In this document: in pieces, positions 19,583-27,173 of the stretch
Position numbering within the stretch: the stretch's first letter is position 1
Layout: the number at the start of each line of letters is the position of its first letter
Source of the DNA: Fidelibacterota bacterium
GTDB lineage: Bacteria; Fidelibacterota; Marinisomatia; Marinisomatales; UBA1611
Assembly: GCA_018674095.1 (NCBI GenBank)
Contig: JABHAX010000013.1
Location: 1-59,998 of the forward strand
DNA length: 59,998 bases
Direction: 5' to 3'
Position numbers and translations under genes: made by a program
Notes under the pieces: generated by a model
What the model was told of the DNA's origin: nothing
The model's database searches: none
The model's input: only the letters and a program-made list of their open reading frames with translations

Positions 19583-20644
19583 TTACTTCACTAAAATCAT
19601 TTTTCGAAATTGTGTATCCGAACCATCTTTAATCTTTATAAAATAAACCCCCGATGAAAATTTGGATCCATTCCAATGAATGGTGTGCGTTCCAGATTTA
19701 TAAATTTTATCATGTGTAATTAATTCTACTTCGTTCCCTAATAAATCATAAACACGAATATCCATTTTCCGATCATAGGGAATTGTTATTTCAATTTGCG
19801 TCCTTGGATTAAACGGATTTGGAAAAGGCTGTGAAGTTTTTAATTGGGTTGGAAAAGCATTTTGTGAAATGGATACATCATCACAATCCTGTGGTGCATA
19901 AACCGGAAAAGAATAATAAAACTGGTCCAGACTTAGTTCAAAATGTTCACTTTCTGCCACACAGGTTCCCACACTATCGCAAAGCATATTGGCGCCAATA
20001 GCAAAATAAGGATATGCTCCATTATCATCATTATTCCAGTCCAAATTAAGGTCGCAAAAACAGTCCGGGAGTGATGCCAGATTATTATTAAAGAGCCATA
20101 GGTAAGTCAGATTTGTTAAGGAACAAACGGACGCCGGAATCGAATCTAATTCATTATATCCCAGATCGAAAAAATACAAATTTTCTAAATTTCCAATACT
20201 GTCTGGCAATGTCATTAATACATTATTATTAATATAAAAAGATTGGAGATTTTCCATTTCACTAAAAGATTCCGGTAAAACAGAAATCCGATTCCACTCT
20301 AAATACAGAGAAGCTAACCCAGTCCAATTCCCAACATTTTCAGGTAATGTATAAATCGTATCATTTACACCGGCACTATTGCCATAATTCCCAGCCACCA
20401 AAAACCGCAAACGGCCGTTAAACCAAGTTTGTGTCCCCAATTCCAAAGGTGAATCATAATCCAAATTATTGATAAAGATTAAACTGTCCAAAACTTCAAT
20501 ATCTTCATCAAAGAGACACGTATCGCCCACAAGGATTGTAACATTCGATGGGAGTTCAGAATAATAAGAATAGGCGCTATCACATTGGCCGTAAAGCTCC
20601 GATAGAACTAAAAATGTAATAATAATGAGAAAATATTTTTTCAT
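19583..20644 (-). CDS. Leucine-rich-repeat protein with T9SS C-terminal sorting domain
   Basis: 353 aa; LRRs (LPESFSEMENLQSFYINNNVLMTLPDSIGNLENLYFFDLGYNELDSIPASVCSLTNLTYLWLFNNNLASLP); tail FPNPFNPRTQIEI...SGVYFIKIKDGSDTQFRKMILVK. Confidence 0.8.
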   Translation of the reverse strand: MKKYFLIIITFLVLSELYGQCDSAYSYYSELPSNVTILVGDTCLFDEDIEVLDSLIFINNLDYDSPLELGTQTWFNGRLRFLVAGNYGNSAGVNDTIYTLPENVGNWTGLASLYLEWNRISVLPESFSEMENLQSFYINNNVLMTLPDSIGNLENLYFFDLGYNELDSIPASVCSLTNLTYLWLFNNNLASLPDCFCDLNLDWNNDDNGAYPYFAIGANMLCDSVGTCVAESEHFELSLDQFYYSFPVYAPQDCDDVSISQNAFPTQLKTSQPFPNPFNPRTQIEITIPYDRKMDIRVYDLLGNEVELITHDKIYKSGTHTIHWNGSKFSSGVYFIKIKDGSDTQFRKMILVK

Positions 20645-22707
20645 TATTTCAAAAATAATATTTTTTGAGTTTCTGATTTTTGCCCGGATGTTAATTTCAC
20701 AAAATAGATTCCCGATGGATTCCTTTTAGCATTCCATTTTGTTTCATGATTCCCGGATTCAATAATATCTTCAAATAATGTTTCAACTACTCGACCACTT
20801 ATGTCAAGAACTTTTAAAGATATCAATTCTGAATTCTGAACATTATATTGAATCGTAGTTTTAGGATTAAATGGATTTGGAAAGGCTGGAAATAATTCAA
20901 ATTTATGAGGAATAGGTTCTGATTCTGTCGATAATGGGAAGGTAAAACCATTAACAAGTGTGGTTTTTTCTTTTTCAGGGTGATATTCCGATGTAACAAT
21001 CAATGTAATTGGATTCCCATTTGAACTTTCCGTGACATTCCCTGTAAATGTAATTGTTTCGATTTGATTAGGGAATAGTTCAATTTCGCCTGATTGATTC
21101 CCGAACCAATCTGCTTGATCTGAAAGAGAGAAAGATAAAGCCAAATCATATTCACTCTCATTATGGAGGGTGAAAGAAATTTCCGATGAGCCAGATGGCA
21201 AATACACCCCTTGATTTTCACCGCTTACCAAGAAATTATCAATCATGACGCTATAAGCGGCGGGGAATAAACCGGGAATTCGATGTGCACGATAGACAGC
21301 ACCACTAGGTAAACTCAAATTATAATTAGCTTCCCAAACAATATTACCATTTGAATTGACTTCCAAACTTCGTCCGCCACCGCCAACCGTGGTGACCATT
21401 ACATTCCCATTTTCCATTTTTTGAGCATTTCCTGACGCGAAGCCAAAAAGGTCATCCGGTAGTTCATACGACCAAACTAAATCAGCATTATTTTGCGAAA
21501 TTGCTAATTCTATAGCCCGGGATTGAGGGTCATCAGTTCCGCGAAATTCCGGTGCCAAATTTCCATTATCAAATGTGATAATATTTCCGTTGTTTAAAAT
21601 TTGCAATGAATGTTGAAAACTGAATCCAATCTCATTTCCAAGTGTAACTTGGCCTGATGGCATTTCATGTCCCAGATTCCAAATAATGTCGCCAGATGGA
21701 TAATCGAGTTTTGTGATTCGAGACAAGTGTCGCGTGGAAAAATAAATTGCACTTTCAATTTCATCAAAAATAACAGCATTTACATGAGTCCAATCGTAAT
21801 GAAGATCAATATATGCTTGGCTCCATGTGCCACCAAATTGGTCATAATCCATCATGCTGAAATGGTCAAAAACACTCCATTCCCATACGACATCTCCAGT
21901 TTCGTTATCCCACTCCATAAGTTTATCACCAATCCAAATAAATTCCATGGTAACACCATCTGCTTGAAATCCCAATCCTTGGAACAAAGGAGTCCAATCG
22001 CCAATTGGAATGGGTCCAACAGCACTTGTTTCGACAATTCCGAGATAATTCCCATTTGGGAGTTTAATAAGATCGTGGTGAAGGAATTCATCATTGGGCT
22101 CTTCCCAAATTGTTTCACCTTCAAATGTAAATTCTTTCCCGGGTAAATTATTTTCCGAGCCGGAGACAAGTTCACATCCGAATACATCTCCAAATTCACT
22201 CGTGCTGTAATAGACTAAGTTTTCATTTCCGGAATTCCATATTTCTCTACCAGTCACATCTATGGCTGCTGAAAAATAATTGAAGAATGCGCCAAAAACT
22301 GTAATACCGTCTTGAATTTGGTTGGCAATTGAAATAGTTGTTGTCGTTTCTGATAAAGGTGATCCGGTTGAAAAAGAAAATGAATTGGTCCAGGGTAATG
22401 CCATGCCGTTGTTTCTCATTGCTCGAATTCGCCAGTAATATGTTTTTTCCCATTCAATGGTAGCTTGCTCGATGAATACTAAAGTTTGATTATTTGCTTG
22501 AACAATTGTATTGGAGAATGATGAATTCTCAGAAATTTGGATTTCGTAATAATCAGTTATTGGTTCTTGTTCCCACTCAAATAATACATGGAGATGATTC
22601 AGGATTGCTCCATTTTCAGGTGAAAGTAATTCAGCGACAAGTGGTGGGTTTATTGTAATAATAAATATCAAAAAATATAAATAAAAATGGTTCATTATTT
22701 CGCGCAT
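20644..22707 (-). CDS. ASST-like beta-propeller with T9SS C-terminal sorting domain
   Basis: 687 aa; LHHDLIKLPNGNYLGIV, WEWSVFDHF, DWTHVNAVIFDEIESAIYFSTRHLSRITKLDYPSGDIIWNLG; tail FPNPFNPKTTIQY...SGIYFVKLTSGQKSETQKILFLK. Its TAA stop overlaps the ATG of the LRR gene (TAATG). Confidence 0.6.
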   Translation of the reverse strand: MREIMNHFYLYFLIFIITINPPLVAELLSPENGAILNHLHVLFEWEQEPITDYYEIQISENSSFSNTIVQANNQTLVFIEQATIEWEKTYYWRIRAMRNNGMALPWTNSFSFSTGSPLSETTTTISIANQIQDGITVFGAFFNYFSAAIDVTGREIWNSGNENLVYYSTSEFGDVFGCELVSGSENNLPGKEFTFEGETIWEEPNDEFLHHDLIKLPNGNYLGIVETSAVGPIPIGDWTPLFQGLGFQADGVTMEFIWIGDKLMEWDNETGDVVWEWSVFDHFSMMDYDQFGGTWSQAYIDLHYDWTHVNAVIFDEIESAIYFSTRHLSRITKLDYPSGDIIWNLGHEMPSGQVTLGNEIGFSFQHSLQILNNGNIITFDNGNLAPEFRGTDDPQSRAIELAISQNNADLVWSYELPDDLFGFASGNAQKMENGNVMVTTVGGGGRSLEVNSNGNIVWEANYNLSLPSGAVYRAHRIPGLFPAAYSVMIDNFLVSGENQGVYLPSGSSEISFTLHNESEYDLALSFSLSDQADWFGNQSGEIELFPNQIETITFTGNVTESSNGNPITLIVTSEYHPEKEKTTLVNGFTFPLSTESEPIPHKFELFPAFPNPFNPKTTIQYNVQNSELISLKVLDISGRVVETLFEDIIESGNHETKWNAKRNPSGIYFVKLTSGQKSETQKILFLK

Positions 22708-22736
22708 GGTAATTAAACAATAAAAGATGAAATAGG

Positions 22737-23504
22737 TTAAAATTTTATTAAATACGATTCAGAAAATATTTCATCTTTCAATCCAACATTTGATTGAAAA
22801 TTTTTGATTTCCATCACTGTTCGCTTACCGTCCTCTTTAGCCATGACCATTTTCCCCGGTAAAACAAATCCATTTGATTCGATAAAATCTAAAATTGTTA
22901 ACGTTTTTAATTTTTGAGTTTCTTGAGAATAAAATTCAATTTTTTGAATTTTCCAATATTCAGAATTCACCCAAATTTTTCTTGAATGATATGTACTTTC
23001 GTTTTTTGGCCACGCCATTATTACACGGCAATGTCTTCCATTTATATATTCCACGCCGATAAAAGCTAATGAATCTTGTCCAAGTTTACGGCTTTCCAAA
23101 TCTTCATAAATAAAATCAGTTCCCATGAAGGATTTAGATCGTTCCTTTGATTTTACACGCTTAACCGTTTTAAGTTTTGGTAGAAAAAACCATTGGTCCG
23201 TTTTTCCATTTTTATAAGCCCAAGTCAATAATCCAGTCCCTTTTACTGTTTGGGGTTTTTTTAATCGAGCCAAGGATTTAAATTTGAATATCCCACTTTT
23301 ATAATTTTTTTGGAATCGAGTGAATTCACGAACTTTTATTTTTTCTTTTCCACGTTTAATACGAATAATTTCTAATTTTATATCAGAGATGGATGTATTC
23401 GGTTTGGTAACATTCAACACTTTTCCCATAATGTCAAATGCGGTCATTTCCTGCCCAATACCCATAGAAAGACAGCAAATGGATATAAATATTTTTTTAA
23501 TCAT
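22737..23504 (-). CDS. LolA-like outer-membrane lipoprotein-sorting / periplasmic lipid carrier protein (copy B)
   Basis: 255 aa; signal peptide; WFFLPKLKTVKRVKSKERSKSFMGTDFIYEDLESR. Paralog of 8891-9640. Confidence 0.65.
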   Translation of the reverse strand: MIKKIFISICCLSMGIGQEMTAFDIMGKVLNVTKPNTSISDIKLEIIRIKRGKEKIKVREFTRFQKNYKSGIFKFKSLARLKKPQTVKGTGLLTWAYKNGKTDQWFFLPKLKTVKRVKSKERSKSFMGTDFIYEDLESRKLGQDSLAFIGVEYINGRHCRVIMAWPKNESTYHSRKIWVNSEYWKIQKIEFYSQETQKLKTLTILDFIESNGFVLPGKMVMAKEDGKRTVMEIKNFQSNVGLKDEIFSESYLIKF

Positions 23505-23811
23505 TTTTACTATTATTATACTTGATGAATAAAAGTGAAATGGGTGTGAGTGAAATAATCAAAAGAGACAATGTGATATAATCCTGTTTGTATTTCAATT
23601 CATAATATCCAGCAATTTGAAGACAAATAAATACATACCCAATCATAATAAAATCAAAATAAGATTTAACTAAAAAATATAAATAATCCATAACAGATCC
23701 ATTGGGAATGGGATTTACATTATTCGCACTCCCAAATCCGTATAGAACTATAAGGCAAGATAATATTAAGAAAATGGTACTGTAAGTTTTATCTTTTTCT
23801 TCTGTTATCAT
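23497..23811 (-). CDS. Small integral membrane protein (3 predicted TM helices), unknown function
   Basis: 104 aa hydrophobic ORF. It overlaps the MMPL stop by 4 nt (ATGA-type) and the LolA-like start by 8 nt, which argues for translation within the operon. Confidence 0.45.
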   Translation of the reverse strand: MITEEKDKTYSTIFLILSCLIVLYGFGSANNVNPIPNGSVMDYLYFLVKSYFDFIMIGYVFICLQIAGYYELKYKQDYITLSLLIISLTPISLLFIKYNNSKND

Positions 23812-26096
23812 CGATATAAGAATTTAGGGTTAAGCAAACTGATTAATGCTGGAAGAGTTGCCAATGCACCGAATAAACAAAATGAGATGGAAGCCATGAC
23901 CAATATTCCAAATATTTGTACGGGAACAAATACCGAAAATAACAGAGCCGAAAATCCAACAATAACGGATAAGCCATTAAAAAGAATACCTTTTCCTGAA
24001 ATAAGAAATGTATTGGCAATAGCCTCATCCAAGGTATCTCCATATTTAATATGGTCACGTAAATGCCACAAAAAATGAACCGTATAATCCACACCAACAC
24101 CCACAAGGATTCCGGTTAACATGGATGTAGTCATATTCAATGGAATATCTAAATATCCCATGAGACCAAACATCATAGCTACCGATGCAACCATGGGAAG
24201 CGTGGCGAGTAATCCTCCCGTAATAGATCTAAATACCAAAGTCATAATAATAAAAATAATAAAAATAGAATAGGCTAAACTCACCATTTGACCTTGCAAT
24301 ACTAGGCGCGTCAGTACACCCAATAAGGCTGCGCCTCCTGTAATTTCCATAGGAGCATCATCATAAAAATTGGCCAAAATATATTGATCTGTATCTTCAA
24401 CGATTTCTGCAATTGTAATTGTTTGAACTTCCTTTAACCTGAGAAAAACTTGCGTAAAAGATGGATCTTCCATATCATCTAACATCAAATCAAAATCATC
24501 TCCATCTCCCGTGATAGAATACAAAAACATATATTGAGAAATCAATTCACGATCATCAGGAATCACTTCATAAGTCGGATCACCGCCATTAAACCCGGCG
24601 TTCATTTTCTTTATCACATCCACAATGGAATATGATTTGGTCACAATTTCGTGAGCATCCTTTATATGATCAGTAAGCATTTCAATATTTCGTAACAATT
24701 CCGGATCGTAAATATCACCTTCAACAAGAATATGCATTTGTGTTGATCCGCCAAAGGCTTCACTGATTTTTGTATTGGCAATCCTTAATCTGGAATCTTC
24801 TGGAAAATAATGGTCAGGATTGGTGTCAACTTTTAATTTAGAAATGCCCATTGAGAGCCAAATGCCAATGGTTAATAGAAAGATTAAAGTTGGGATTCTA
24901 TATCGAGTAAATCCTCTGCCCAGTGAAACCAAAATATTATTTATGGTTGTTAAACCATTCGTTTTAGTTAAATAAGTTGGACGAGGCAACAGAACCAACA
25001 CCGATGGAATCAAGAAAATACTTAAAATAAAGGCCACCAGAATCCCGAATGAAATGAGCAATCCCATTTCACGAACCCGTGGTAATGCATGAGATAATAG
25101 GCTCATAAAACTAATCATTGTGGTTAACCCTGCCAAAAAAATGGGAACGCCTAGTTTACGAATTGTTTTTCGTAGAATTTTTCCCCGTGTGGCTTCCGGA
25201 TCTAATATAGTGTATTCATAATAATGAGAAATAATATGAATCCCATAATTATTTGCGATTGCAATTAACATAACTGGAATCAATGTGCCAATGAATGTTA
25301 CCGAAATATTAAGCCAGCCCATAACCCCGAAGGTCCAAATAATAGAGAACCCCACAACAAAAAAAGGTAGAAAAACACCAGTCCAGCTACGGAAAGTTAT
25401 CATAAGAAGTAAAATTCCTAACCCTAATGCAATTGGGGTATATACACGAAGGTCACGTTGCATATTTTCAATAATCGTCGCTCGAGTAATGGGTAAGCTG
25501 GATACGTAAAAATTTTCCGGTTGACTAAAGCGATTGACCAAACTGAATACTCTTTGTCGAAATTCAAATTCATCATAGTCAAATGATGAAATAATCTGGC
25601 CAATAAAACACAATTTATTAAAATCATTTGAAACCAAATTTCCAACGATTCCCGATTGTTTTAATTTTGATATTAATTCACTTAAGCTTACAGAATCATT
25701 TGGAATTTCAATGAGTAAAGGCTCAATCTCAAAGCCACCATCTTCTGGCAGAATATGCTTTTGGGTAAAAATTGACGTGACATTTCCAATGAAGTCAATA
25801 GATTCCAGCGAATCTTGGAATGCAGAAAGTTTCGTGAGTGTGGCATGGGAAAAAAGGCTATCTGATTCAACCGCAATAATTATAATATCGCTACCGGAAA
25901 AAAGCTCATCCACTTTTTCCATGGATTGAACAATTTCATGATTTCGCGGAAGCATGGATTTAACTCCCGGATCCAACTCTAATGAAAAAAGTTTCCATCC
26001 TAATATCACTGTTATAAAAATTACGCCAGCTATAATTGTCCGGGGATAATGGGAATCAAAATCAAATAAGTGTCTGGAGAATTCTCTAATATTCAT
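23808..26096 (-). CDS. RND-superfamily exporter, COG1033/MMPL (HpnN-like) type, copy B
   Basis: 762 aa; motifs ANNYGIHIISHY and GVGVDYTVHFLWHL; same topology as copy A. Confidence 0.85.
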   Translation of the reverse strand: MNIREFSRHLFDFDSHYPRTIIAGVIFITVILGWKLFSLELDPGVKSMLPRNHEIVQSMEKVDELFSGSDIIIIAVESDSLFSHATLTKLSAFQDSLESIDFIGNVTSIFTQKHILPEDGGFEIEPLLIEIPNDSVSLSELISKLKQSGIVGNLVSNDFNKLCFIGQIISSFDYDEFEFRQRVFSLVNRFSQPENFYVSSLPITRATIIENMQRDLRVYTPIALGLGILLLMITFRSWTGVFLPFFVVGFSIIWTFGVMGWLNISVTFIGTLIPVMLIAIANNYGIHIISHYYEYTILDPEATRGKILRKTIRKLGVPIFLAGLTTMISFMSLLSHALPRVREMGLLISFGILVAFILSIFLIPSVLVLLPRPTYLTKTNGLTTINNILVSLGRGFTRYRIPTLIFLLTIGIWLSMGISKLKVDTNPDHYFPEDSRLRIANTKISEAFGGSTQMHILVEGDIYDPELLRNIEMLTDHIKDAHEIVTKSYSIVDVIKKMNAGFNGGDPTYEVIPDDRELISQYMFLYSITGDGDDFDLMLDDMEDPSFTQVFLRLKEVQTITIAEIVEDTDQYILANFYDDAPMEITGGAALLGVLTRLVLQGQMVSLAYSIFIIFIIMTLVFRSITGGLLATLPMVASVAMMFGLMGYLDIPLNMTTSMLTGILVGVGVDYTVHFLWHLRDHIKYGDTLDEAIANTFLISGKGILFNGLSVIVGFSALLFSVFVPVQIFGILVMASISFCLFGALATLPALISLLNPKFLYR

Positions 26097-26374
26097 AATT
26101 CTTAAGCGTGAAATTTACAAGAATTATACAAAGAATGGAATCTGTACTATACCGTAAAATCTAAAGCTGATTAGACAGATTTATTTATTGGCTTTTTTGA
26201 AAATCAGATGGTTCATTTTATTTTATGATTGAATGAATGCTGAAAAAAGTCAAATAGCCAGAAGAAAAAGTGATGGGAATAAAGTATTTATTGATGATCT
26301 ACCTAATGGTAAAAAGTGTGGTTGCATCTGTTCAAAATGCCATGAATCCCTAATTGCAACAAATAGTGGGGAAA

Positions 26375-26820
26375 TAAATATCCATGCATTTTTCCCATAT
26401 TCTTCATTTGATTTTGCGCTGCATTCCATAATGGGTCATGTGTTTCCGCAGCTTCAAAATGACTGGGTGAATAAAGATATTCCCTTTCATCGTTTCGGTG
26501 TTCATTTAATGATTTTTGTGCCCATGGATGAAAACCTTCGAAATAATCATAATTGGGCTCATATTCACAAAAATTATCTGCTAGTTCACGACGAATAATC
26601 ATTTCTTCCAAAAATGACTCTTTATCAATAGATGGCAATGCTGAATTTTTTATTTCCCACGCGACTCGCTGGGATGAAATATGCCCAAAATGAAAATATG
26701 AGCTTAGATTGCTTAACCCCTTCAATGTAGGATTATTGCGTTTTAAACTATACCCTTTGAGTCCTGTTTTTAAAAAATCCAATCTTTCTTTTGCTGCTTT
26801 TTCACCTGATTTGGGCCAAG
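26375..26820 (-). pseudogene. Internal fragment of a class II CPD photolyase (truncated at both ends)
   Basis: Translation GEKAAKERLDFLKTGLKGYSLKRNNP...LSSYFHFGHISSQRVAWEI...FLEEMIIRRELADNFCEYEPNYD...WAQKSLNEHRNDEREYLY...THDPLWNAAQNQMKNMGKMHGYL matches the FAD-binding half of class II photolyases. Only about 150 codons are present. Homology stops after GKMHGYL and no alternative frame continues it. Confidence 0.7.
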
Positions 26821-26900
26821 CTGTGAGCGCAGGAATGTATCTTTATCGTATTTCTGCAGGTGACTTTCATTCGGTTAAGAAGATGATTTTATTGAAATAG
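26814..26900 (+). pseudogene. Orphan 3' remnant of a T9SS C-terminal sorting domain (duplicate of 29310-29396)
   Basis: Encodes LGQAVSAGMYLYRISAGDFHSVKKMILLK versus LGQPVSAGMYLYRISAGDFQSVKKMVLLK at the end of 27174-29396. There is a 49 nt exact match (26821-26869 = 29317-29365). No upstream cargo-coding sequence is attached. Confidence 0.75.
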
Positions 26901-26922
26901 AATCCAATAAATATGCAATAAT

Positions 26923-26952
26923 AAAAAGGGACGGTTTTACCGTCCCTTTTTA
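26923..26952 (+). terminator. Rho-independent terminator
   Basis: AAAAAGGGACGG-tttta-CCGTCCCTTTTTATTT, immediately after the orphan CTD remnant. Confidence 0.8.
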
Positions 26953-27173
26953 TTTCACTTCCAAAAGTTGTCGCACTCCATTTTAAGGATATGCTAAAAA
27001 TTGCGAGTTATGACTCTATTATAAAGTGGAATCAAAAGGATAAATGGGTACCCAATATTTTTCTAATAGCATTTCTTAGTAAGTAAATAATTCTTTCATT
27101 GATTATACTTGAAATCTAATTTAGAATTCAATTTTTATAATTTTACTGCACAAAAAAAGGATATATAAAGATA

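Noticed and set aside
21667-22146. 159 aa + strand ORF, along with the many other 60-120 aa ORFs nested antisense in long genes (e.g. 3694-3990, 4285-4608, 8183-8476, 37968-38324, 39733-40194, 43629-44027, 49754-50104)
   Set aside because: Each lies fully inside a longer ORF that has strong family motifs on the opposite strand or in another frame. They have no motifs of their own. Such shadow ORFs are typical of AT-rich DNA.
26233-26598. 121 aa + strand ORF
   Set aside because: Only the first ~50 codons look protein-like (a zinc-ribbon stub). The rest is antisense to a clear photolyase fragment. I treated it as a remnant, not a gene.
26709-26900. 63 aa + strand ORF
   Set aside because: Only the last 29 codons are meaningful (a duplicated T9SS tail). 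The upstream part is the reverse strand of the photolyase fragment.
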